Assembly: GCA_040880545.1 (NCBI GenBank)
Contig: JBBDIE010000099.1
Coordinates: forward strand, 15,944 to 79,943
Direction of reading: 5' to 3'
Length of the DNA stretch: 64,000 bases
Source of the DNA: Bacteroidales bacterium
GTDB taxonomy: Bacteria; Bacteroidota; Bacteroidia; Bacteroidales; GCA-2748055
Below are positions 45,109 through 56,534 of the stretch, in pieces (positions within the stretch are counted from its first letter, which is position 1; each line of letters opens with the position of its first letter). The position numbers were made by a program, and so were the translations under genes. The notes beneath the pieces were generated by a model. That model searched no databases and had not been told where the DNA came from. It was given only the letters and a program-made list of their open reading frames with translations.

Positions 45109-46974
45109 TTAATAGCGAACACCAATTACCACTACATCATCCACCTGTTCAACATCTGCCCTGAAATCTTCAAATATTTCATCCAGTTTGTTACCTTGCT
45201 CAATCATATCCATGCCCTGGATCTCCAAAAGTACCGTTCGGAAATTCTTGGAGAGAAACTTTTTTTGCTTCGGGCCGCCGAACTGATCCACGTATCCGTC
45301 GGAAAATGTAAAAAATGTATCTCCCTTTTTCAGGTCAATGGTAACCAGATTAAAGGGTTCCATTACTTCATGAATGGCAACCGGCATCTTATCTGCCTTA
45401 TATTGGGTAAGTTCTCCGTCCCTGATGTGATAAAGCGGATTGTTTGCGCCTGCGAAGTAGAGTTTGTTCTGTTCAAAATCGATTACGGAAACGGTCATAT
45501 CCATCCCGTCCTTCACCTCCGTGCCGGCTTGTCCCTGCCCCAGGGATTCGATGACCATGCTTCTTAAATTGTTCAGGATCTCATGGGGTAAATGTATATT
45601 ACGATTCAATATTATCTCATTCAGCAGACTTACTCCCAACATACTCATAAATGCGCCTGGCACACCATGGCCGGTACAGTCGGCAGCAATAATTATCTGT
45701 TTGTTATTGACTTTGTCAACCCAATAGAAGTCACCACTGACGATATCTCTTGGTTTATAAAGTACAAAATGTTCGATTTCATCGGTGAAGAGTTCAAGGG
45801 ATGGTAAAATTGCGCGCTGTATCTTCTGAGCATAATGGATACTGTCGGTAATATGTTTCTTTTGGTACGCAATCTGGTCCCTCTGTGCAGTGATCTTCCT
45901 GTTTTTCTCCTCCAGCAGTTCATTCGCCTTTTTCTTGTTCCTGTAATTTACAAAAATGAAATAGGCGAGTCCCAATAGAAGTACCATTGCCACAATGGAG
46001 GCAATAATTACCAGCTTCTGTTTTTGCAGGGATTCAAGTTGAATGGCGATTTTTTCTTCGTTTGCCCGGATCTGGCCATCCCGTTCAGCAAGAACAGCGT
46101 CCTGCTCCAGGATCTCCTTCTGTTGCTCATTAAGTTTGGCTGAATGTTCCCTGACCTCCTTTTCCTGGGCTGCTATAACCGACCGTTGGGTACTGATCTC
46201 TTTTTCCTGGCGCACTATCGCCCTGTTCTTCTGCGCCAGCTCACTTTCCGTATTCAGCAGGGCTCTTATTTTCTCTTCCAGTTCCAGCTCCTTTTTCAGA
46301 ATCTCCTCACCCAATGCTTTCAGCCTGGCAACCTGTACCCGGATCATGGAGTCCTGCTCGGCAATAACGATCTTCTGTTGCCTTGTTACCTCTTTCTCCT
46401 CCTGCAGTTCTTCGTCTGTTACCACGTACAGGTTTTCCCAGTCTTCACGTGTCTTGATCGCATGTCCCAGAAACAATTCATCCACCATCAAACCATGTTT
46501 AACCATCAATTCTTCATTGGCTTCGAATCGTGGTTTTCCTTCCACCACAACAAAATTTATCATCGACTCACGGAACGGGTACCCTTCACTGATTACCAAT
46601 GTGTTCCATCCTTCAATTTCATCAAGTACATCCTTGATCCTGTATCCGTTCTTACTGTTCAGATAAATTATCTGGGTCTCTTTCAACATACCGGGCCTTG
46701 GAACGAGATTAATTTCTATGGGCTTGCCCTGTATAAACTGTCGTTCACCAGCCATTCTTTCAAGGGGCCAGTAAAACGTATCGTCCACATCGAGCACAGT
46801 AATGGAAAATTTCTCCTGACTATCAAATTGTTCATTATACTCCACATATTTAGCAATGTCCAGGATCAGGGTTGCTCTTGTGTTATCATCAATTTCCTGG
46901 GAATCCTGTGCCGTCAGGGGGATAAAAAATGCCGGAAATAACAGTACAAACACTGGTAACAAAGTCTTTTTCAT
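45109..46974 (-). CDS. Membrane-bound PP2C/SpoIIE-family phosphatase with periplasmic YfiR/DUF4154-like domain and coiled coil
   Basis: The start is MKKTLLPVFVLLFPAFFIPLTAQD (46974). The domain order is:
- an N-terminal YfiR-like domain
- a ~130-aa heptad-rich segment (EE..KELELEEKIRALL..)
- a TM segment (LVIIASIVAMVLLLGLAYFIFV)
- a C-terminal SpoIIE domain (SGDFYW.., AADCTGHGVPGAFMS, SDGYVDQFGG, DDVVVIGVRY). Confidence 0.8.
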   Translation of the reverse strand: MKKTLLPVFVLLFPAFFIPLTAQDSQEIDDNTRATLILDIAKYVEYNEQFDSQEKFSITVLDVDDTFYWPLERMAGERQFIQGKPIEINLVPRPGMLKETQIIYLNSKNGYRIKDVLDEIEGWNTLVISEGYPFRESMINFVVVEGKPRFEANEELMVKHGLMVDELFLGHAIKTREDWENLYVVTDEELQEEKEVTRQQKIVIAEQDSMIRVQVARLKALGEEILKKELELEEKIRALLNTESELAQKNRAIVRQEKEISTQRSVIAAQEKEVREHSAKLNEQQKEILEQDAVLAERDGQIRANEEKIAIQLESLQKQKLVIIASIVAMVLLLGLAYFIFVNYRNKKKANELLEEKNRKITAQRDQIAYQKKHITDSIHYAQKIQRAILPSLELFTDEIEHFVLYKPRDIVSGDFYWVDKVNNKQIIIAADCTGHGVPGAFMSMLGVSLLNEIILNRNIHLPHEILNNLRSMVIESLGQGQAGTEVKDGMDMTVSVIDFEQNKLYFAGANNPLYHIRDGELTQYKADKMPVAIHEVMEPFNLVTIDLKKGDTFFTFSDGYVDQFGGPKQKKFLSKNFRTVLLEIQGMDMIEQGNKLDEIFEDFRADVEQVDDVVVIGVRY

Positions 46975-47161
46975 TGAATTGGATATTAGCAATTGTATCT
47001 GGGAATTTAGTTCAAGTTAACGATTTCCTTACATGTCATGAAATGAAGTTAACAATTAATTTGCTTTTCACCATAATGGCAGTTAAATTGGACGATGTTT
47101 TCACGACCGGGAATAGTTGTTTTTTTATGTTTCCGGGCCGGCTTATTTATTGCAGTTAAAA

Positions 47162-48967
47162 ATGACCCTATCCGGATATATTGCCATTGTCGTAGTAATT
47201 TTAATGATCATAGCCCTTCTAAAGGAGCTCATGCGACCGGGGCTGGTGCTATTCACTGCAGTAGTGATTTTTATGGTATCCGATATTATCACATCGGAGG
47301 AGGCGCTGTCGGGATTCTCAAACAAGGGGATGATCACGGTGGGTATTCTCTTCCTGGTGAGTGAAGGCTTCAAGCAAACAGGTGCACTTTCGAAGCTGGC
47401 GGGGGTGATGTTACCAAAAAAACGAGCCACTATTCCCAGGCTAATACTGCGTATTACTATCCCGGTTGCCGGTGTTTCAGCCTTCCTGAACAACACCCCC
47501 ATGGTAATTATTTTTGCACCTATGATTAAAAAATGGGCTGAAAAGCTGAGTCTCCCAAGTCAAAAATTCCTTATACCTCTCTCCTACGCAACCATATTTG
47601 GGGGAACATGTACCCTGATAGGTACCTCAACCAACCTGGTTGTGCATGGAATGATGCTGGATCGGGGTATCGAAGGACTTGGATTCTTTGAACTGGCAAA
47701 GGTGGGTATCTTTATTGCGGTCATAGGATTCCTTTACCTAAACATTTTCTCCAACAGGCTGCTCCCGGGTGAAATTATCCCCAAACACAGCTTCCCCAAT
47801 GATATACGGGAGTTCTATTTCGATATAATGCTCACAGAAGGGAGCTCCCTGGTCGGAAAAGAGATTGAAAAACGACGGCTGCCAGGATTGTCTGAATTTG
47901 TGGTGAAGACGGTGATCAGGAATGAAAAACATATCAGAATCTCGAATACTCCTTTTGAGATTCTTGAAGGGGATGAGATGATTCTCGCAGGAAAATCGGA
48001 AGATATCGGATTCCTGATGCAGCAAAGCGGTATCAAGCTGAAGTGTCTGGATTCTGCCGACACCGGTTTTATGAACCAGAACCTGAAGCTGGTTGAGGTT
48101 GTGATCGCTCCCCGGTTTCCGGGAATTCAGAAAACCATTGAAGAGTTTGATTTCAGGGGGCATTACAATGCTGTTGTGATGGCAGTGCACAGAAATGGTG
48201 AACGGCTTACCTCCAATATGCAGAATGTAGAGCTGAAATCCGGTGACAACCTGATGCTTTTAACTACCGACGATTTTACCAGGTACTGGGGAGAATCCAG
48301 GGCATTTTATATGTCTTCTGAAATAGGGGACATGGACAGTTCGAAAGACAAAAGGAAAAGGTGGCTTGCAGTATTCATAACCCTGCTGATGGTGATCGGG
48401 GCAACGCTTGGGGGACAAATTCCAAGTTATGGAAATGTAGAACTGGATATGTTCTTTTTTGCAGCGATTGCCATGGTACTTATGGCATCCATGAAGATAT
48501 TTGCTGCCAAAAAATATACCAAGCCAATCAACTGGGACGTACTAATCACCGTGGCCAGTGCATTCGGGATCAGTCGAGCGCTGCAGAATTCGGGCGTTGC
48601 AGATGTCATCGCCCATTCAACCATAAACCTGGCAAAAAACCTGGGGCCCATAGGTGTCATGGCTGCCATTTATATCATCACCAATATTTTTACGGAGATC
48701 ATCACCAATAATGCCGCGGCTGCCTTGAGTTTCCCGATAGCCTTGTCTGCAGCCACACAACTGGGCGTAGATCCCCGTCCGTTTTTCATTGCCATAGCCA
48801 TCGCTGCATCAAGTAGTTTCTCTACTCCAATTGGATACCAGACCAACCTCATTGTTCAGAGCATAGGGAACTATAAATTCAGCGATTACTGGAAGATTGG
48901 CCTCCCTTTAAATATTCTCGCCTTCATTATCAGTATGATCGTCATCCCGATCTTCTGGAGTTTTTAA
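47162..48967 (+). CDS. SLC13/DASS-family anion:cation symporter with two central TrkA-C (RCK_C) domains
   Basis: The likely start is MTLSGYIAIVVV (47162). Polytopic hydrophobic halves flank two soluble ~70-aa repeats (..GSSLVGKEIEKRRLP.. and ..PRFPGIQKTIEEFDFRGHYNAVVMAVHRNGE..). The C-terminal motif is SSFSTPIGYQTN. Confidence 0.8.
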   Translation: MTLSGYIAIVVVILMIIALLKELMRPGLVLFTAVVIFMVSDIITSEEALSGFSNKGMITVGILFLVSEGFKQTGALSKLAGVMLPKKRATIPRLILRITIPVAGVSAFLNNTPMVIIFAPMIKKWAEKLSLPSQKFLIPLSYATIFGGTCTLIGTSTNLVVHGMMLDRGIEGLGFFELAKVGIFIAVIGFLYLNIFSNRLLPGEIIPKHSFPNDIREFYFDIMLTEGSSLVGKEIEKRRLPGLSEFVVKTVIRNEKHIRISNTPFEILEGDEMILAGKSEDIGFLMQQSGIKLKCLDSADTGFMNQNLKLVEVVIAPRFPGIQKTIEEFDFRGHYNAVVMAVHRNGERLTSNMQNVELKSGDNLMLLTTDDFTRYWGESRAFYMSSEIGDMDSSKDKRKRWLAVFITLLMVIGATLGGQIPSYGNVELDMFFFAAIAMVLMASMKIFAAKKYTKPINWDVLITVASAFGISRALQNSGVADVIAHSTINLAKNLGPIGVMAAIYIITNIFTEIITNNAAAALSFPIALSAATQLGVDPRPFFIAIAIAASSSFSTPIGYQTNLIVQSIGNYKFSDYWKIGLPLNILAFIISMIVIPIFWSF

Positions 48968-48978
48968 CAGTTACGATT

Positions 48979-50667
48979 TTACCAGCCAGCGGCCTGTCCA
49001 TCCTTACGCGACTCTGATGCCCCGAAGAGGACCCCGGTTTCAGGATCCCTTTTAATTGCCTGGTACCCTCCGTACCCGCCCAGGTTATATTGGACTTTAT
49101 GTCCCATGCGTACAAGCTTTCGGATCTCACTGTAATCGATCCCCGATTCAAGGTAAAGCGTACCTCCATCTTCCATCTTTTCCCCGGTGGGCTGGGATGA
49201 GCCCGAATGAAGAATTCGCGGTGCATCACCAGCCTCTTGCAGGTTCATGCCAAAATCAATAAGATTTACAACGATCTGGACGTGGCCCTGTGGTTGCATG
49301 GAACCTCCCATTAGCCCGAAACTGATTAATGGTTTGCCCTCACGAGTAATAAATGCAGGAATGATCGTATGGAATGGCCTTTTCCCAGGTTCATATATAT
49401 TAAAATGACCCTCTTCCAGTGCAAACAACTCACCACGGTCCTGCAGGATAAATCCCAGTCCGGGGGGGCACATTCCCGATCCCATTCCCCGGTAATTCGA
49501 CTGGATCAGGGATACCATGTTCCCTCTTTCATCTGCCACGGTAAGGTAAATTGTATTGCCGTGTTCGATGGTTCCCGGTTCATAGGTTCTTGAAGCACGG
49601 GATTCCTTTATCAGCGACCTTCTTTCATTTGCATACTCATCCGAAAGCAGGATCCTGTAATCGATCTGATTAAAGTCTGGATCGGCATAATATTTAGCCC
49701 TGTCTTCAAATGCCAGCTTTTTCGCCTCTGTAAAGTGGTGGATATATTCAGCACTTCCGAAGCCCATCCCCGTAATATCGTAACCCTCCAAAATATTCAG
49801 CATCTGCAGTGCTGCTATTCCCTGTCCGTTGGGTGGTAATTCCCATATATCAAAACCACGGTAGTTTACAGAAACGGGATCTACCCATTCAGAGCTATGC
49901 GAAGCCAGGTCGTCGTAAGAGAGAAACCCTCCCTGGGATGCCATAAAATCACTGATGACCTCTGCGATTTCTCCCTTGTAAAAAGCATCACGACCTTTTT
50001 TCCCAATAGATTCCAGTGTATTTGCCAGCGCAGGATTTCTGAAAATTTCTCCTTTTGCCGGTGGCTCCCCACCTGGCATATAAACATCAGCCACATTGGG
50101 AAAGCTGGAAAGATAGCGGGAATTACTCTGCCAGTAATAGGCGATCAGTTCAGTCATGGGAAACCCATCCCGGGCATAATTAATTGCCGGCTGAAGGACC
50201 TTCTTCATGGCCATTGAACCGAACTTTTCATGAAGTTCAAACCATCCGTCCACACAGCCTGGTACCGAAACCGGAAGTGGTCCCATAGCCGGAATTTTCT
50301 CATACCCATGCTCCCTGAAATAGTCTATTGTGAGAGACTTTGGAGATCTGCCGCTTGCATTCAATCCATACAATTTTTCTGTTTCAGCATCCCACACAAT
50401 GGCAAAAAGGTCTCCTCCGATACCGTTGCCTGTGGGTTCAACAAGCCCCAGCAATGCATTGGCAGCAATTGCTGCATCAATAGCATTTCCTCCCGCTTTT
50501 AATATATCCAGTGCCACCTGTGTGGCCAGGGGCTGACTGGTACAGGCCATGCCATGCTGTGCGATAACTTCAGAACGGGTGGCAAAAACCTCTCCCGTAA
50601 TCCGGTCCTGGCCTGGGGCCATGACTGTTGCCAAAATTAAAAATACAGTTAGAACAATAGCTTTCAT
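48979..50667 (-). CDS. ggt: Gamma-glutamyltransferase family protein
   Basis: The start is MKAIVLTVFLILATVMAPGQ (50667), which is supported by a terminator hairpin occupying 50689-50720. GGT blocks present are GGNAIDAAIA, GIGGDLFA, the nucleophile region GNTIYLTVADERGNMVSLIQSNY, and GLMGGSMQPQGHVQ. Confidence 0.88.
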   Translation of the reverse strand: MKAIVLTVFLILATVMAPGQDRITGEVFATRSEVIAQHGMACTSQPLATQVALDILKAGGNAIDAAIAANALLGLVEPTGNGIGGDLFAIVWDAETEKLYGLNASGRSPKSLTIDYFREHGYEKIPAMGPLPVSVPGCVDGWFELHEKFGSMAMKKVLQPAINYARDGFPMTELIAYYWQSNSRYLSSFPNVADVYMPGGEPPAKGEIFRNPALANTLESIGKKGRDAFYKGEIAEVISDFMASQGGFLSYDDLASHSSEWVDPVSVNYRGFDIWELPPNGQGIAALQMLNILEGYDITGMGFGSAEYIHHFTEAKKLAFEDRAKYYADPDFNQIDYRILLSDEYANERRSLIKESRASRTYEPGTIEHGNTIYLTVADERGNMVSLIQSNYRGMGSGMCPPGLGFILQDRGELFALEEGHFNIYEPGKRPFHTIIPAFITREGKPLISFGLMGGSMQPQGHVQIVVNLIDFGMNLQEAGDAPRILHSGSSQPTGEKMEDGGTLYLESGIDYSEIRKLVRMGHKVQYNLGGYGGYQAIKRDPETGVLFGASESRKDGQAAGW

Positions 50668-50688
50668 AGCGTTTACCTTTAAGTAATT

Positions 50689-50720
50689 AAAAAACCGCAG
50701 AAAGATCATTTCTGCGGTTT
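50689..50720 (-). terminator. Rho-independent terminator of the GH16-like gene
   Basis: ccgcagaaa (50695-50703) pairs with tttctgcgg (50709-50717) around a 5-nt loop. The A-run at 50689-50694 on the plus strand reads as a T-run on the minus strand. Confidence 0.65.
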
Positions 50721-50740
50721 TGTATTATCATATTGAGGTT

Positions 50741-51928
50741 CTAGTCCTGTTCCTTCAGCCTATATGTCCTGACCCAGTCGATTTCCATGGCTGCCGGCAG
50801 TCCGTAATCAGAAGCCCCGTTCTTCAGGGCCGTACCGAATATCATGTACATTTCATCCTGGGGAACGGCTGATGATTGTGTTTTAAACACTTTATCATTG
50901 ATCTTCCAAACCAGTTTTCCCGGACTCCATTCCAATGTATAGATAAAGAAATCGTTGGTAAACTTTGTGCCGCTTGTTTTCGAGATTGATTTGGATGGTG
51001 CCTGTCCCTTTTTCAATGACCAGAAATAATTGGCATAAAGTTTTCCCCTATCGTATTTAGCCACATCAATGTGCGGCACCACGCTGTCGGATACCATCCA
51101 GAATGCCTGGGTAACATCCGTTGGGGACATTTTGATCTTCGCTTTGAAAATTCCGTATTTCTGTTTAAAACTTTTTCCGGTACTGATCAGCCCCGAGGTA
51201 TATTCAAATGAATCATTCAGGAACCCGTGTACCGGGTCCCATTTTTTACCTTCAATTTCTTCGTTTTTGGTAACCACTCTCAGTTTCTTGTCGTAAAATT
51301 CGATATTTTTACCATCGGTTGGGAAACTTCTGTCATCGGAGTGGGTATAAGGCTCGTCTAATATGGCATCACCCCAGAAGTAACGAGTCATCCATTTCTT
51401 CTCATTCAATGTTGATCCGGTAAAAGGTTCATTGAAAGTCTCTTCCCACTTTTCAATTTCCTTGAATGGCTTATTCTTCTTAGTTTTGAAATACCAGATA
51501 ACTTTCTCAGATTTCTTCAGCTCCTTGTATTCTTCCTCTTTACGATATTCTTTGGTGGTTTCATATCTTTCCCTGGGCTTTAGTACAAGGTACAGCTTCC
51601 TTTTCTGAAATACTTCAGAATTGACCTCCTTTTCAAGTTCTTTAAGGTCATCGGGTAGATCATCACCCTTTACCTTTTTTACCATTTGGTTATACCTGTT
51701 TTCTTTCCTGAATTCATCCGAAGATTTATAGTTTTCTTTCATGATCTTTTTCTTCCGGATAGCAAATTCACCTGAAGTAACCTCTTTTTCAAGGGCCAGG
51801 AAATGCTTCAGTTCATCTGATTTCTCATACGCCAGGAAAGCGTTATAATCAGCTCTTAGCTGATCGTCTGCGCTCTCAACTTTTTCAGTACTTGGGATCA
51901 TCCCAAACAAAAATGCTAAGCTTGCCAT
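50741..51928 (-). CDS. GH16-fold (concanavalin-A-like lectin/glucanase) domain protein with charged helical N-terminal half; catalytic motif apparently lost
   Basis: 395 aa. The C-terminal ~220 aa have GH16-like blocks (YGIFKAKIKM, QAFWMVS, LEWSPGKLVWKINDKVF, MEIDWVRTY). At the position of the ExDxxE motif the sequence reads H-I-D-V-A-K (51056-51073). Confidence 0.6.
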   Translation of the reverse strand: MASLAFLFGMIPSTEKVESADDQLRADYNAFLAYEKSDELKHFLALEKEVTSGEFAIRKKKIMKENYKSSDEFRKENRYNQMVKKVKGDDLPDDLKELEKEVNSEVFQKRKLYLVLKPRERYETTKEYRKEEEYKELKKSEKVIWYFKTKKNKPFKEIEKWEETFNEPFTGSTLNEKKWMTRYFWGDAILDEPYTHSDDRSFPTDGKNIEFYDKKLRVVTKNEEIEGKKWDPVHGFLNDSFEYTSGLISTGKSFKQKYGIFKAKIKMSPTDVTQAFWMVSDSVVPHIDVAKYDRGKLYANYFWSLKKGQAPSKSISKTSGTKFTNDFFIYTLEWSPGKLVWKINDKVFKTQSSAVPQDEMYMIFGTALKNGASDYGLPAAMEIDWVRTYRLKEQD

Positions 51929-52000
51929 AATTCGTTACTGAATAATTTTTGTTTCAAGTCATTAAAGGAATAAAGATAAGAAAATTTGAGTAGTCGTCAA

Positions 52001-52624
52001 CTATCTCCTGGAATATCCTCGCCTCCTGCTTTTAAAATAATACACTGCCTGTACCTGTATTACCAGGGCGGATAACGGTGCTTCGATCAGGCCCTCTCCA
52101 AATTCCTTATCACCCAACCTGATCCCTGCAAAGCTATACCTACCGGAAACAATAAAATCCCAGAAACTGTTCATCCGCATCTCCAGGCTTGCTCCGAGGG
52201 TGGGGCCGATACCTGAAATTGTCGAATCAGCCGGTGGATCTGGAATGGGAATATCCAATAATTTATTTTTAGAAATGATATGGGTGAAATTAATACCTGC
52301 CAGTGGTGCAAATGCAACGGTCCGGTCATAATACAACCTGTACTGCAGATCAAGGTCACCGTGAAACATATAATTGGTGGTTCTGTATTTGATATGATTG
52401 AACTCCTGGGGCCTGTAACCACTGATAGAGGGCACCAGGTAAAAATCTTTTTGTTTATCCAATGATATCCAGGTTTTTATGATCATTCCCGGGTTACCGC
52501 TATTCCCTTCGTTAAATGTTATCTTGTTCGCAAAGGTAAGTCCTGCCCCAATCCTTTCAGGCTGTGCCTGCAGAGATAGGAGGTGCTGCAAAATTATCAG
52601 CGATACAAACAGTAGTTTTTTCAT
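52001..52624 (-). CDS. Outer-membrane beta-barrel protein, function unknown
   Basis: 207 aa with signal MKKLLFVSLIILQHLLSLQAQ and an alternating strand pattern. Confidence 0.55.
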   Translation of the reverse strand: MKKLLFVSLIILQHLLSLQAQPERIGAGLTFANKITFNEGNSGNPGMIIKTWISLDKQKDFYLVPSISGYRPQEFNHIKYRTTNYMFHGDLDLQYRLYYDRTVAFAPLAGINFTHIISKNKLLDIPIPDPPADSTISGIGPTLGASLEMRMNSFWDFIVSGRYSFAGIRLGDKEFGEGLIEAPLSALVIQVQAVYYFKSRRRGYSRR

Positions 52625-52821
52625 CTTTCACAGCTTCAAAAACTAACCAAGTACTATTACGGACATTTAGCGGCCGGGGTTACATAATCTGTAGTTTAAA
52701 AGCGGGAGAGTTTCATTCCTTTCAGTTGAATCTTGTATCCGGCGTATAATGTTGGCAATAAAAAAAACTGACCAATTGAAATAAGCTTTGGCCGGAGGCT
52801 ATGTTTATGATGATAAAATGT

Positions 52822-54375
<1,554 letters not shown>

Positions 54376-54410
54376 GTTGATCAGATTTTCGAATTATTTT
54401 GAATTTTAAC

Positions 54411-54656
54411 ATGTTACTTGAAATTATATCACCGGAAAAGAAGCTCTATTCAGGAGAAATAGTAAGTTTGCATGTACCCGGTTCAAAAGGGTCTTTCCAG
54501 GTCCTGAAGAATCATGCCCCCATTATTTCTACACTTGCAAAGGGAGTGATCAACATCCTGGATAAGGATGGCCAAAACAGCTCTTTTGAAGTGGATGGTG
54601 GAGTAATTGAAGTAAAAAAAAATAAGATCATTGTTCTTGCTGAAAGCTCGAAATAG
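54411..54656 (+). CDS. atpC: F0F1 ATP synthase subunit epsilon (short form)
   Basis: It lies immediately downstream of atpD. MLLEIISPEKKLYSGEIVSLHVPGSKGSFQVLKNHAPIISTL is the epsilon N-terminal beta-sandwich. The track ORF begins at TTG 54399, but ATG 54411 is more likely. Confidence 0.85.
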   Translation: MLLEIISPEKKLYSGEIVSLHVPGSKGSFQVLKNHAPIISTLAKGVINILDKDGQNSSFEVDGGVIEVKKNKIIVLAESSK

Positions 54657-54768
54657 CGTTTTTTCAATAATTGGTGTTATACCTCAGGGAAGAGCTCTGA
54701 ATCCATCTTTACGGAGAAGAACGCCGGGGAATAAAACCACTTCCTACGCATTTGCCGGGGCAGAAAGT

Positions 54769-55524
54769 GTGGGCAGACCCAAAATTACCGGAAATCTACT
54801 GATCCTTTCATTTCTACTGGCGTGGTTTGGTGGAACTTCATTTGCGCAATCCGGCAAATCAGTGGCATATTATTATTCATCAGATAGTTTACGGATTACT
54901 GCAGATGAGTATGTGATATCCGACACCCTTCCCTACCTGGTTATCATCCACGAGCAGGGCTCCAGTCGGGGTGAATTTACCGGGATCGTCGATCGTTTCC
55001 AGAAGATGAATTTTAACTGTCTCGTCCCGGATGTAAGGAACGGCGGAAATGCCAATTTCCTGGGTAATGAAACGGCAAAGAGATGCAGGCGTGAACGGCG
55101 AAGCAGGAGCACAAGTTCAGTTGAGGAAGACATTTCGGCCTCCGTAGAATATGCCTCCGGGAAATCCGGTAAGCAGGTAATTCTGTTGGGTGCAGGATCA
55201 AACGGGTCCCTGGTGCTTAAGGCAGCCAAAGAACAGGAAATTATCAGAGCTGCCATTGCACTGAGCCCGGGGGAATTCTTCTACCCTTATTTCAGCGTGG
55301 AAGATACCATTTCGGGAATCAGAAAACCGCTGCTGATTATCTCCAGCAAAGTTGAATTACCATACATGCAACAGATGGTGTCAAATGTCAGCGATGAATA
55401 TAAAACAGTTTATGCACCAAAAGATTCCGAAGGTGCCCGCGGCACCAGGGCACTCCACTCGTCCAACCCCTCCAGTGCTGATTACTGGCTGGCTGTTTTA
55501 CTTTTCTTCAAGGACCTTCAGTAA
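54769..55524 (+). CDS. Secreted alpha/beta-hydrolase-fold-like protein (start uncertain)
   Basis: The track ORF (54631) overlaps atpC and has no internal ATG before the signal peptide. GTG 54769 gives (M)GRPKITGNLLILSFLLAWFGGTSFAQ. LVIIHEQGSS.. and a possible nucleophile elbow LLGAGSNGS suggest a dienelactone-hydrolase-like fold. Confidence 0.4.
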   Translation: MGRPKITGNLLILSFLLAWFGGTSFAQSGKSVAYYYSSDSLRITADEYVISDTLPYLVIIHEQGSSRGEFTGIVDRFQKMNFNCLVPDVRNGGNANFLGNETAKRCRRERRSRSTSSVEEDISASVEYASGKSGKQVILLGAGSNGSLVLKAAKEQEIIRAAIALSPGEFFYPYFSVEDTISGIRKPLLIISSKVELPYMQQMVSNVSDEYKTVYAPKDSEGARGTRALHSSNPSSADYWLAVLLFFKDLQ

Positions 55525-56534
55525 TGGTAAAATTCCTGGTCATTCGTTTCAGCTCCATAGGCGATATTGTACTTACCACCCCTGTTGTTCGTGGTTTAAA
55601 AAATCAGGTAAGCCGATCAGAGATTCATTATCTTACAAAGCCTGACTTTGCCCCGTTGCTACAAGCAAATCCGAATATCTCCCGGGTCCATACCCTCGCG
55701 GAACAGCCGGGAGAAACGATCGCTGCCTTGAGGAAGGAAGGATTTGACTATGTGATCGACCTGCAGAACAATCTTCGTTCAATGTACATTAAACGTTCCC
55801 TGAAAAGGATGTATTTCACGGTAAACAAGCTGAACATTCAAAAGTGGTTGCTGGTTAATTTCAAAATCAACAGACTTCCTGATAAACATATTGTGGACCG
55901 TTATTTTGAAACCACTTCCCTGTTCGATGTAAAAAATGATGGTGAAGGGCTTGACTATTTTATCCCCGAAGAGGAGGAAGTCGGTATCACTAACCTGCCT
56001 GAACCATTTCACAAAGGGTTTATTGCTCTGGTCATCGGGGCGAATCACCAGACAAAAAAACTTCCGGTGGACCATTTGGCAGAACTTGCCGGAAAACTGA
56101 AAAATCCGGTGATCATCATCGGCGGCCCCGGAGATAAAGAGGATGCAGAAACAATCGTTGATTCCCTGGAAGGTAAAAAAATATTGAACGGATGCGGAAA
56201 ATGGTCCGTCAACCAATCGGCCTCAGTAATCCGGCAGGCAAATTGTGTGATCACACACGATACCGGAATGATGCATATCTCGGCGGCTTTTAAAAAAAAG
56301 ATCATCACTGTCTGGGGAAATACGATCCCGGATTTTGGTATGTATCCATACCAGCCCGATCCGCGTTCAGTGAACTTTGAAGTCAGTGGACTTACATGCA
56401 GACCCTGCTCCAAACTGGGGAAAAGCAAATGTCCGAAAAAACATTTCAGGTGTATGCTCGACCACGACATGCAAAACATTGCTGAAACAGCCAATAAAAT
56501 TTACGAACCTACTGAGCCACAAACTGGTAAGTAA
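55524..56534 (+). CDS. Glycosyltransferase family 9 (LPS heptosyltransferase-like)
   Basis: 336 aa. It has the typical GT9 N-terminus MVKFLVIRFSSIGDIVLTTPVVRGLK and the C-terminal motif ITHDTGMMHISAAF. Confidence 0.85.
   Translation: MVKFLVIRFSSIGDIVLTTPVVRGLKNQVSRSEIHYLTKPDFAPLLQANPNISRVHTLAEQPGETIAALRKEGFDYVIDLQNNLRSMYIKRSLKRMYFTVNKLNIQKWLLVNFKINRLPDKHIVDRYFETTSLFDVKNDGEGLDYFIPEEEEVGITNLPEPFHKGFIALVIGANHQTKKLPVDHLAELAGKLKNPVIIIGGPGDKEDAETIVDSLEGKKILNGCGKWSVNQSASVIRQANCVITHDTGMMHISAAFKKKIITVWGNTIPDFGMYPYQPDPRSVNFEVSGLTCRPCSKLGKSKCPKKHFRCMLDHDMQNIAETANKIYEPTEPQTGK

Noticed and set aside
46043-46941. 207-aa and 265-aa plus-strand ORFs opposite the SpoIIE phosphatase gene
   Set aside because: Their translations are low-complexity (S/F/L-rich), generated by the antisense of a K/E-rich coiled-coil coding region.
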